DNA of 64,000 nucleotides from contig OZ241892.1 in assembly GCA_965203485.1 (NCBI GenBank), positions 1,728,001-1,792,000 on the forward strand. The letters run 5' to 3'. Both the position numbers and the translations under genes were made by a program. The notes beneath the pieces are model-generated. The model was not told the origin of the DNA. It made no database searches and saw nothing but the letters and a program-made list of their open reading frames with translations. The DNA is from Longimicrobiales bacterium (GTDB taxonomy: Bacteria; Gemmatimonadota; Gemmatimonadetes; Longimicrobiales; Gaopeijiaceae). This document shows, piece after piece, positions 36,120 through 45,073 of the stretch (position 1 is its first letter; each line of letters starts with the position of its first letter).

Positions 36120-37870
36120 GGAGCGAGCAACTCCTCGACCGCCTTGTTCGCCTTCTCTGCCGACTCGAACCAGTATTCCTCGAGCAACGGCCTGATCTGA
36201 GTCTTCACGACCGCATCGTACCAGTCCCGCGAAGCGGACTCGGCCTCGTCCGGCACGAAGTAGCTGTGGCCGACGCAGAAGCCCGGACCGAGTTCCGAGT
36301 CCTCGGCAATGTCCTCGTTCAACTGCTGGAGCTTCCGGTCGATCGTCCTCGCCAGCTCGTCCGTCGCTCCCCGTTCGCGCACGAGAAACTCCCTGAACGC
36401 GCTCCCCTTGCCGAACGCCGGTTCCAGCGTCTCGAAGGCAAACCTGCGCCGCAACGCGTAGTCCACGACCGCCAGCGACCGGTCTGCCGTGTTCATCAAG
36501 CCGAGGACATGCAAATTCGGCGGAACGTAGAAGCGATTCCCGGGACTCCCGTAGGTCAACGAGACGGCGTATTCCTCGCTTCTCTTGTCCGCCTCCACCA
36601 GCATCAGCAATTCGCCGAATATGCGCGACAGATTGCCCCTGTTGATTTCGTCGATGACCAGAACATGCGGAATTTCCGCGTCCTCGCGAGCCCGATCGCA
36701 GAACTCGAAGAAGACCCCGTTCCTGAGGTCGAATCCTCCGTCTTTGTTCGGACGATATCCCTGCACGAAGTCCTCGTACGCGTATGCTTGATGGAACTGA
36801 ACCATCTCGATCGCTTCTGAATTCTTCTCGCCCATCAAGCACCAGGCCAGCCTCCGCGCCATAAACGTCTTTCCGGTGCCCGGCGGTCCCTGCAAGACGA
36901 GGTTCTTGCGGGATTCAAGCGCATCGAGCATGCGCGTGAATTGTTCACGGGGCACAAACAGGTCCTCCATCGCGTCGTCGACGTAATACGACGGCCGAGA
37001 CAGCGTGGGAACGCCCGGCGGCAGAGAGGGGGGCACGTCGGGAGCTTGACCAGCATTCGGCATTTCTGGAAGCAAGCGACGCATGCTGGCGAGCTCGGGT
37101 CTCCTCGTGTAATCCACGAGCGTGTTGTTGGGCAACCGCGACGGCGCCTTTCGAGGTGGATCGAGCAAATGCCATGTCACTTTTCTCGTGTGCGGATAAT
37201 CTCGAAGCGACGATTCGTCGTAACGGTATTCGCCCTCAATTCGCCCGAGACCGACGATCTGGCTGCGCCCGCGTCTAGCTATGATCTCGTCTCCTGGCTT
37301 CATCACGCCCTGGGGACCGAACTTCCACAACATCGAGGCCGTATGCGTGCCCCCTTCGGCTGCCTGGCGGACGGCCTCGTCGAGATCACGCCGACGGCGG
37401 CAGTCGCGCAAATCGCCGACGCGCCATGGCAGTGCGGCCATGCCATGTTCCCGAAAAGCAGGCCAAGCTTGACCATCTCGGCCTGTCGCAATTATCCAGG
37501 TGCGCGTGGCATCCGTCGATGATCGCGGGTGGGCGGCCTTCATTTTCTCGGCAAGCGCGTCGGCGTCGCACACGCCTCTGCCGTCTTCAGTAATCGCCCA
37601 CACCGCCTTCTCGGGATTGACAAGCAATCCGCGTTGGCGGAGTCTCATGCGCGCAAACTCCAAATTGGTCTGGAACACAGACTTCCCTGTAGGCTGGTGA
37701 CGGATTCCCAAAGCCGCTTCAGGCAACTCGATGGCAGACGCGACTTCTTTCAGGATCTGGTCGTTGGTCGCAGATCCGCCGAGCGATTGAACAGCCTCGA
37801 GCACGGGCCAATGAAGGGCGCCTTCAGAAGGAATCCCGTGGCCCTTCTCCGTCCCTTCCATCTTCTCCAT
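36116..37870 (-). CDS. mcrB: McrB-family AAA+ GTPase with Mrr_N-like and PUA/EVE-like N-terminal domains
   Basis: GPPGTGKT, QFHQAYAYEDFVQGYRP, IDEINRGN, MNTADRS, ALRRRF, GHSYF. Confidence 0.9.
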   Translation of the reverse strand: MEKMEGTEKGHGIPSEGALHWPVLEAVQSLGGSATNDQILKEVASAIELPEAALGIRHQPTGKSVFQTNLEFARMRLRQRGLLVNPEKAVWAITEDGRGVCDADALAEKMKAAHPRSSTDATRTWIIATGRDGQAWPAFREHGMAALPWRVGDLRDCRRRRDLDEAVRQAAEGGTHTASMLWKFGPQGVMKPGDEIIARRGRSQIVGLGRIEGEYRYDESSLRDYPHTRKVTWHLLDPPRKAPSRLPNNTLVDYTRRPELASMRRLLPEMPNAGQAPDVPPSLPPGVPTLSRPSYYVDDAMEDLFVPREQFTRMLDALESRKNLVLQGPPGTGKTFMARRLAWCLMGEKNSEAIEMVQFHQAYAYEDFVQGYRPNKDGGFDLRNGVFFEFCDRAREDAEIPHVLVIDEINRGNLSRIFGELLMLVEADKRSEEYAVSLTYGSPGNRFYVPPNLHVLGLMNTADRSLAVVDYALRRRFAFETLEPAFGKGSAFREFLVRERGATDELARTIDRKLQQLNEDIAEDSELGPGFCVGHSYFVPDEAESASRDWYDAVVKTQIRPLLEEYWFESAEKANKAVEELLAP

Positions 37871-37890
37871 CCCCGCCTCAGCCGCCGCCG

Positions 37891-40800
37891 TCAGCTCACC
37901 AGCCGCCGCCCCTGGATCGGCTCCAGGCGTTCCCGGATCAACAACTCGTTGAGTCGGCCCACGTCGCGCTGGACCACGATCTCCAGTTCCGACAGCTGCT
38001 CGGCCAACAGAGCCGAAAGGCGCTCGAACACATCGTAGGACTGGTCGGTGGGGCGGTTCTCCGAGCCTTCGACGACGCCCAGCAGCGCCGCCAGCTTATT
38101 GTTGAGCTTGATGGGGTAGTTGAGGGGGTCTTGGTTGCTCTGGTTCTTGACCTGGTAGATCTCGGCTTCGACCACGTTCAAGTTCTCGGTCGTCGTTTCG
38201 GCCTGCTGCTCGACTTCGGTGTTGTCGGTCTGCTCCAGGCGGTCCGCGATCTGGCCTTCGATGTCGCGGATGCGGACCACGGCGTCGTTCGCCTCGGACA
38301 CGCGGTCGCGGATCTGGATGGCCAAGTCGAAGCGCTCTTGGAGGTCGGCCACGGTGACGCCGGCCAAGTTGGGATTGGCACGAACCTCGAAGTCGCGCTC
38401 CATGGGCTCGCCGCCGTTCACGGTCAAGCGGACGGAGTAGGCTCCCGGCACCGCCATCGGACCCATGGGCCGGGCGGCCCACATGATGCGGCCTTCGAAG
38501 TCGGTCCACGCGGGGTAGCGCAGGTCCCAGCGGAACCGGCGGGCGCCCGCCTTCGCCGACGGCCTCGCGCCGCGCCCGCCGCCGAACCCGAAGCGCGCCG
38601 CCGGACCGCGCGCCGCCTCTTCCTCGTCGGCCTCGGCCTCCTCTTCGTCCGCAACCACGCGCTCGAACGAACGCACCGTCTCGCCCGCCCCGTTCAGCAC
38701 GTCGATCTTCACGCTCTCGGCGTCATCGGCCAAATAGTAGTCGAAGACCGCGCCGCCCAGCCCCCGCATCGGGTCCGCCGGCTGGAAGAGCCACGCATCG
38801 GCGGCCGCCACCTCCGCGCTCATCTGGCGCAACGGCCCGATCCCCTCAAGCACCCAGAACGAACGGCCGTGCGTGGCGATCACCAAGTCCTCGTCCTCGA
38901 CGACCAAGTCCGACACCTGCACGACCGGCAGGTTGAGCGAGAGCGGCTGCCAGAGCGCCCCGTCGTCGAAGGAGACGTACACGGTCCGTTCGGACGCGGC
39001 GTAGAGCAACCCCGGGCGCACCGGGTCCTCGCGCGTGGCCCGAATGAAGTCGTCGCCGGGCAGGCCGTCCACGACCTTGGTCCAGGTCGCGCCGTAGTCC
39101 TCGGTCTTCCAGATGTAGGGCGCGCGGTCGTCGTCCACCAAGTAGCGGATGCCCGACACGTATGCCTTGCCCCCCGCGTTGGGCGACGCCTCGATGGTGT
39201 TGATTCGCACCAAGGCGGGCGCGTCGGCGGGCGTGACGTCCGTCCAGGTGGCGCCGCCGTCGCGGGTGACGTGCACCAGCCCGTCGTCGGAGCCGGCCCA
39301 TATCACTTGCGGATCGTGGTAGGACGGCGCAATGGCGAAGACGGTCGCGAAGGTCTCCACACCCGTCTGGTCCTTGGTGATCGGGCCCCCCGACGGCCCC
39401 ATGGTCTCGGCGTCGGCGCGGGTCAGGTCGGGGCTGATCTGCTCCCACGACTGGCCCTCGGTGGTCGTCTTCCAAACCTTCTGCGTGCCCGTGTAGAGCA
39501 CGTTCGGGTCGTGGTGGGAGAAGACGATCGGGAAGGTCCACTGCACCCGTTCGACGAGGTCCTCGGACGACTGGCCCATGGGATTCTCGGGCCACACGTT
39601 CACGGCGCGGCTCGTGCCCGTCGCCCTGTCGTGGCGCGACAGGCTGCCGCCGTAGCACCCGGCGTAGAAGACGTCGAGGTTCACGGGGCTCGGCGCGACG
39701 TAGCCGCTCTCGCAACCGCCTACCGCGTAGTACCAGGCCCGGTTGCCGGGGCCGCGCGCCGCCATGTGGTTCCAGCCCCGCACGGGGACGCACGCGGTCG
39801 AGTTGTCCTGCTGGCCGCCGCAGATGTGGTACGGCGTGTGCTCCGTCGTGATCACGCGGTAGAACTGGGCTGTCGAGTAGTCCTGGTCGGTCCAGCTGCG
39901 GCCGCCGTTGAAGGAGACGTTGGCACCGCCGTCGTTGCCGTTGACCATGCGGTCGGAATCGCTGGGCGCGATCCAGAGGTCGTGGTTGTCGCCGTGGGGC
40001 ACCGCGATGCCTTGCGGGAAGGTCTCGCCGCCGTCGCGCGAACGGTAGAAGCCCGTGTTGAGCGCGTAGACGACGTCCTCGTCGTTCGGATCGGCGTAGA
40101 CGCGCGTGTAGTAGAAGGCGCGCTGCCGCAGCTTGCGCTCGTCGTTGACGCGCTCCCACGTGGCCCCGGCGTCGTCCGAGCGCCACACGCCGCCGTCCGG
40201 CTCGTGCTCGATCAGCGCCCAGACGCGATCGGGGTTCGCCGGCGACACCGCGACGCCGATCTTGCCCACCGGGCCCTCGGAGAGCCCGATGGCGCCGGTG
40301 ATCTCGGTCCACGTCTCGCCCCCGTCGGTGGACTTGAAGAGGCCGCTGTCCTCGCCTCCCGACGACATCGCCCACGAACGCCGCCACGCTTCCCAGATCG
40401 ACGCGTACAGGACGTCCGGGTCGGTCGCGTCCACGCTGACGTCCACCGCGCCGGCCTTGTCGCTCCGGTAGAGCACCTTGCGCCAAGTCTCGCCGCCGTC
40501 GGTCGTCTTGAAGACGCCGCGTTCGGTGTTCGACGCGGAGTGCTTGCCGAACGCCGCGGCCCAGGCCATGTCGCAGTTCTCGGGATGGACGCGGATGCGC
40601 GCGATGTTCTGCGTCTCGCGCAAGCCCACGTGCTCCCACGTCGTGCCCCCGTCGGTGGACTTGTAGGCCCCGTCGCCCTGCTGGATGTTCCCCCGCAACT
40701 GCGTCTCGCCCGTGCCCATGTAGACGACGTCGGGGTCCGCTTGGCAGACCTCGACGGCGCCGATCGACGCGCTGCCGATCTTGCCGTCCGTGACCGCGCG

Positions 40801-41076
40801 CCAGTTCTGGCCGCCGTCGGTGGTCCTCCACAGGCCGCCGCCCGTGGTGCCCATGTAGTACTCGAACGGGCGGGAGTCGGAGCCGGCCACTGCGATGGAG
40901 CGGCCTCCGCGCGGCGGGCCGACGTTGCGCCAGCGCAAGGACTTCCAGAAGGCGTCGGAGTAGGTTCCTTGCATGTCCTCGGCCTCTTGAGCAGTGGAGC
41001 CGACGGGAGTCGCAAGGGCGGAGAGGGCGACGGCGGCCAGCGCCGCGGACGTGGCGAGGGGGTTCGTTTTGCGCAT
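37891..41076 (-). CDS. Secreted VPS10/sortilin-like BNR-repeat beta-propeller (glycosyl hydrolase-like)
   Basis: Signal peptide, WRNVGPPRGGR, many S/T-x-DGG-x-TW Asp-boxes, QQDN, ATHGRSFW. Confidence 0.85.
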   Translation of the reverse strand: MRKTNPLATSAALAAVALSALATPVGSTAQEAEDMQGTYSDAFWKSLRWRNVGPPRGGRSIAVAGSDSRPFEYYMGTTGGGLWRTTDGGQNWRAVTDGKIGSASIGAVEVCQADPDVVYMGTGETQLRGNIQQGDGAYKSTDGGTTWEHVGLRETQNIARIRVHPENCDMAWAAAFGKHSASNTERGVFKTTDGGETWRKVLYRSDKAGAVDVSVDATDPDVLYASIWEAWRRSWAMSSGGEDSGLFKSTDGGETWTEITGAIGLSEGPVGKIGVAVSPANPDRVWALIEHEPDGGVWRSDDAGATWERVNDERKLRQRAFYYTRVYADPNDEDVVYALNTGFYRSRDGGETFPQGIAVPHGDNHDLWIAPSDSDRMVNGNDGGANVSFNGGRSWTDQDYSTAQFYRVITTEHTPYHICGGQQDNSTACVPVRGWNHMAARGPGNRAWYYAVGGCESGYVAPSPVNLDVFYAGCYGGSLSRHDRATGTSRAVNVWPENPMGQSSEDLVERVQWTFPIVFSHHDPNVLYTGTQKVWKTTTEGQSWEQISPDLTRADAETMGPSGGPITKDQTGVETFATVFAIAPSYHDPQVIWAGSDDGLVHVTRDGGATWTDVTPADAPALVRINTIEASPNAGGKAYVSGIRYLVDDDRAPYIWKTEDYGATWTKVVDGLPGDDFIRATREDPVRPGLLYAASERTVYVSFDDGALWQPLSLNLPVVQVSDLVVEDEDLVIATHGRSFWVLEGIGPLRQMSAEVAAADAWLFQPADPMRGLGGAVFDYYLADDAESVKIDVLNGAGETVRSFERVVADEEEAEADEEEAARGPAARFGFGGGRGARPSAKAGARRFRWDLRYPAWTDFEGRIMWAARPMGPMAVPGAYSVRLTVNGGEPMERDFEVRANPNLAGVTVADLQERFDLAIQIRDRVSEANDAVVRIRDIEGQIADRLEQTDNTEVEQQAETTTENLNVVEAEIYQVKNQSNQDPLNYPIKLNNKLAALLGVVEGSENRPTDQSYDVFERLSALLAEQLSELEIVVQRDVGRLNELLIRERLEPIQGRRLVS

Positions 41077-41320
41077 GTGGCGAGTCCTGTGCTGCTTTGG
41101 GGGGCGCCGCGCCGCGCGGGACGCGGGCCACAGTTCTCGGGGAACGACGATCTCGTGGCCTGACCCGACGCATTCCAAGAGCGCCGGCCACGGACGAAGA
41201 CGTCGCGAGCTGGCGGACAGAATACCCTTCGGCGCACCGGACGGCAACACCGCGAACAGTTCGGCGAGCCAAGTCCCCCGCCACTGGCGCACCCTTCCCC
41301 GCCGTGCCACCATGGAGCCC

Positions 41321-42625
41321 ATGCCTTCTCTTTCCAGCCTGATCGAACGCGTGGTCAAGCCGCCGTACATCTGCGCGCGCTTGGCCGAGGAGCGGATCCG
41401 CGGCGGGATCGCGTGGTGGCCGCTGGGACGCCGATACCTCGCCGATCCGTATCCTTTTCTGCACCGCTTGCGCGAGAAGAACCCCTGCCACCGCAGTCCG
41501 CTGACCAAGATGTTCCTCGTGTCGCGCTACGAGGACGTCGACCGCATTCTCCGCGACCACAAGCGCTTCAGCAACGATCTACGACGCGGGACGCGGGCCC
41601 GCCGCTCGGCCCCGCGCTCCAAGCTGGTTCCCAGCATGCTCTCGCTGGACCCGCCCGACCACACGCGCCTGCGCGGACTTGTCAACCGGGCCTTCACGCC
41701 CCGCCAAGTCGCCAAGATGGAGGACTACGTCCGAAGCGCCGCGCACCGGCTTTTGGACGAGGCGACCGGGGCGGGCCGCGCGAACTCCAGCGCCGAATTC
41801 GACCTCATGGCATCGTTCGCCGCACCGTTGCCCACTCTGGTGATCGCGCGCATGATCGGCGTGCCGGACGACGACATCGGCCGCTTCAAGGACTGGTCCG
41901 ACCGCTTCGCCCGTGCGCTGGAGCCCATCCTTACCGAGCGCGAGGCCCAGGACATGTTCCGGGCAAGCGCTCAGTTCGCCGACTACTTCGCGGACGTGAT
42001 CGAAGAGCGCCGCAAGAGCCCCAGAGACGATCTGGTGTCCCGGCTCGTGGAGGCCGAGTACGAGGAGAACCGCCTGACCTCGGAGGAGACGCAGGTGATG
42101 CTGCGCCTCCTGCTGGTGGCCGGCAACGAGACTACCACCAACCTCGTCGGCAACGGCATGCTGGCCCTGCTTCGCCGCCCTGAGCAGATGCAGGCGTTGC
42201 GCGACCAGCCCGGCCTGCTCAAGGACGCGGTCGAGGAGCTCGTCCGCTTCGACTCGCCGGTTCAGGTGGATGGCCGCTTTGCCACCGAGGACGTGGAGGT
42301 CGGCGGCCGAGCCGTGCCGGCGGGATCGCAGGTGGCTTTGCTGCTCGGCGCGGCCAACCGCGATCCGGCCCGCTTCGAACGCCCCGACGAACTGGACCCC
42401 ATGCGCCCCGACAAGGGCAACATTTCGTTCGGGCGCGGCATCCACCATTGCCTGGGCGCGCCCTTGGCCAGGCTCGAAGGCCGAGTCGCGCTGGAAGTCC
42501 TGCTGGAACGCTTCGCCGACATTCAGCTGGGCGGCCGACCGCCCGTCTTCTCGCGCACAATCGTGTTGCGCGGCCTCGAACACCTGGACGTGCGGGCGAC
42601 CCTGCGCCGGACCGCAACCACCTGA
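41321..42625 (+). CDS. Cytochrome P450
   Basis: DPPDHTRLR, AGNETT, EELVR (ExxR), FGRGIHHCLG heme ligand; start at 41312 or 41321. Confidence 0.95.
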   Translation: MPSLSSLIERVVKPPYICARLAEERIRGGIAWWPLGRRYLADPYPFLHRLREKNPCHRSPLTKMFLVSRYEDVDRILRDHKRFSNDLRRGTRARRSAPRSKLVPSMLSLDPPDHTRLRGLVNRAFTPRQVAKMEDYVRSAAHRLLDEATGAGRANSSAEFDLMASFAAPLPTLVIARMIGVPDDDIGRFKDWSDRFARALEPILTEREAQDMFRASAQFADYFADVIEERRKSPRDDLVSRLVEAEYEENRLTSEETQVMLRLLLVAGNETTTNLVGNGMLALLRRPEQMQALRDQPGLLKDAVEELVRFDSPVQVDGRFATEDVEVGGRAVPAGSQVALLLGAANRDPARFERPDELDPMRPDKGNISFGRGIHHCLGAPLARLEGRVALEVLLERFADIQLGGRPPVFSRTIVLRGLEHLDVRATLRRTATT

Positions 42626-42694
42626 CTCGCGACGCGGCAGGGGCCCTCGCACACTCCCGTGGACGCGCGGGCTACGCGTCGGCCGACCTTCGGC

Positions 42695-43195
42695 TCAGCG
42701 TCCCGCCAACCGCCTCGCCAGGTCCGCTAGTCCAGCAAACGACACCCTGAAGCTCCGGTCGCCGTCCCCGCTTCCGTCGTCGCCCGCGTCCCCGCCCTGG
42801 ATGCCCAGGGCCGCCAGCGCGAGCAACGCCGCGCCCCCCGCGATCACGGCGCCCAGCACCGTGCTCTTGGCCCTCGAGAACTCGCGCACCTCGATGCGCG
42901 TCGTCCCCTCGACCGGAATGCGCAACGTGTCGTCGCGCACGACTTCTCGATACGCGCCGATGTCGCGCCGTATCTTCGTCGCCAGCACGATGGAGTCCCC
43001 GTACTCGACCACGATCCCTTCGACCGACGCCGTCTCCGGCGCCTCGTTGGGATCGTCCGCCGCCGACAACACCGGCACGTGCACGCGGGCGACGGCCCCC
43101 GGCGCCGGCGCGTCGACCCGGTACGTGTAGCATCCCGCCAACGCGCCCAAGAACGCGACGGCGGCTACGGATCGGTACCGCCGAAACCCCGTCAC
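42695..43195 (-). CDS. Hypothetical lipoprotein
   Basis: LAGC lipobox, C-terminal hydrophobic helix. Confidence 0.65.
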   Translation of the reverse strand: MTGFRRYRSVAAVAFLGALAGCYTYRVDAPAPGAVARVHVPVLSAADDPNEAPETASVEGIVVEYGDSIVLATKIRRDIGAYREVVRDDTLRIPVEGTTRIEVREFSRAKSTVLGAVIAGGAALLALAALGIQGGDAGDDGSGDGDRSFRVSFAGLADLARRLAGR

Positions 43196-43702
43196 CTACA
43201 GCTCCACGTCGAGCGAGCGCGACAGCCGGTGGTTGAAAGAGTACGCGAACCGCCAGGGCACGTCGGGAAACACTCCGCCCATCTCGTCCAACAGGCTGCG
43301 GTCGTCCACGTTCACGAGCACCCGCACTACAAGGGTGTCGCCGCCGATCGTTTCCGCTTGGCCGAACCACCGCCGTTCGACCGAGATGTCGATCACCGTG
43401 TCGAAGGGCAGCGTGTGCACGACCGTGTCGGACCGGACAACCTGCACCCGCGTGACACCGGTCTCGGTGATGCCCACAACGAACTGCTTGGAGTAGATGA
43501 GCCGCACCTGCTTGCCGGCGTCGCCCCGCATCGCCAGCGAAATGTTGCGGGGCGTGGGGTCCTTGAACGCACTGCAGGCCCAAGAGGCCACGGCAAGGGC
43601 CGTCGTCGCCAATGCCCACGACGACGCCGACAAGCGCGACCGCCTCGCGGCGCCGCGACGAGAGCGGGCGCACCCGCCAACCTGCACGGATGCGCCCGCC
43701 AT
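43196..43702 (-). CDS. Hypothetical lipoprotein
   Basis: Signal ending SWAC, beta-rich body; abuts the next gene. Confidence 0.6.
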   Translation of the reverse strand: MAGASVQVGGCARSRRGAARRSRLSASSWALATTALAVASWACSAFKDPTPRNISLAMRGDAGKQVRLIYSKQFVVGITETGVTRVQVVRSDTVVHTLPFDTVIDISVERRWFGQAETIGGDTLVVRVLVNVDDRSLLDEMGGVFPDVPWRFAYSFNHRLSRSLDVEL

Positions 43703-43707
43703 CTTCG

Positions 43708-45063
43708 TCAGCCTCCGCAACCGAGCCCGTTGAGGTGGCAATTCGCCCGAATCTCGATGATCGAGATCGGGAGCATCTCGCCCGGCCTCGCGATCGTCGG
43801 ATTCGTCGCCAGCCACTTCGGGTCCCTGATGCCGAACCGGTACATGTCGGCAAGGCGCAGGCCCTGCAGCAACACGTTCACGCGGCGCGTGTGCTTCAAC
43901 ATCTCCATGTCCTCGATCTGCCCGCTGAATGGGGTCAGCTTGTCCATCGCCCGGATGTGGTTGACGTGCGTCCGGAACGCTTCGCTGTTGCCGCCCGCCA
44001 AAGCGTTCTCGGCCAGGATCAGGTGCATCATCCGCGTCGACGCCACGGTCAGCGGTGGGTAGACGCCGCCCTTGGCCAAGTAGCTTCCGCCCTTCCACTG
44101 GTTCAACCACTTGATCACGGCCGGATCGTCCACGTTGTCGATCGGATCTTGCAACGCGATTCCGTTGATGTCGCCCCCGGCCGTGACCGTAACGATCGAC
44201 TGGTCGATCTGGTTCTCCTTGCGGTCGTTCACCCAGGATGCCATCGAGTTGGCGCGGCTGGTGGCCGAGTACTCCAGGTTGAACATCCAGTCGGCGGAGT
44301 TGCCGCCGGCGGCGGCGATCACCGCCATCGCGTCGGCACCGGCGTCGGCCGAATTGACCAGCCCGTTGCCCGAAGGCGACGGGTTGATGGCGTTCCAAAT
44401 GGCGCGCGACTGATGCGCTCGGGCTCGCACCGCCATCGCCTGCGTGGCCATGGCGCTCTCGTTCACCGAGTTGAAGCCGTTGATCGCCGCCGTCAAGCGC
44501 GTGATCGCGCCGTCGAGCACCTGGTGCATGTTGGCGGGACCCACCGGCGCGCCGCTCTCCTTCTTGTTGGAGAACGCGAAGTCCTCCTGGATCTCCCCGA
44601 TCACCATGTACATGATGCCCGAGTAGAAGTTCGCCCGGGCCAAGTCCGTCGTAATCGCCTTGGACGGGTTGTTGCCGTGATGCTCGGTCAGGATCTCGAT
44701 CGCCTGGTCGCTCATCCAGCGGCCCTGCCCCATCGCCGGGAACGGCCCGTCGATGAACTCGTTCAGCGGGTCGCCCACGGCGCCCTGGTCCAGCGCGAAC
44801 CAGGCGTCGCGCGATCCGATCCAGTACATCTCGTCGGACGCCACGAGGTAGGGTTGCCAGGACTGCGAGACCGACGAGGCCACCAGCGTCTGCGCGCCGT
44901 TGACCACCGCGTTGGCGGCGGCCTCCTGCCTGACGTCGTCCTCGACCAAATCGTTGGGGTTGTTCACGTCCAGCAGGTCGCAACCCGCGAGGACGGACGC
45001 CACGCCGATCGCTACGGACGAAGCGGTCCACTTCTTGAGAATCTGCTTCTTCATGGTTCGCAT
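43708..45063 (-). CDS. RagB/SusD-like nutrient-binding lipoprotein
   Basis: LAGC-DLLDVNNPN, LILAE, QGLRLADMYR, LPISIIE; follows the SusC-like gene. Confidence 0.8.
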   Translation of the reverse strand: MRTMKKQILKKWTASSVAIGVASVLAGCDLLDVNNPNDLVEDDVRQEAAANAVVNGAQTLVASSVSQSWQPYLVASDEMYWIGSRDAWFALDQGAVGDPLNEFIDGPFPAMGQGRWMSDQAIEILTEHHGNNPSKAITTDLARANFYSGIMYMVIGEIQEDFAFSNKKESGAPVGPANMHQVLDGAITRLTAAINGFNSVNESAMATQAMAVRARAHQSRAIWNAINPSPSGNGLVNSADAGADAMAVIAAAGGNSADWMFNLEYSATSRANSMASWVNDRKENQIDQSIVTVTAGGDINGIALQDPIDNVDDPAVIKWLNQWKGGSYLAKGGVYPPLTVASTRMMHLILAENALAGGNSEAFRTHVNHIRAMDKLTPFSGQIEDMEMLKHTRRVNVLLQGLRLADMYRFGIRDPKWLATNPTIARPGEMLPISIIEIRANCHLNGLGCGG

Positions 45064-45073
45064 TCCCTCCCAG

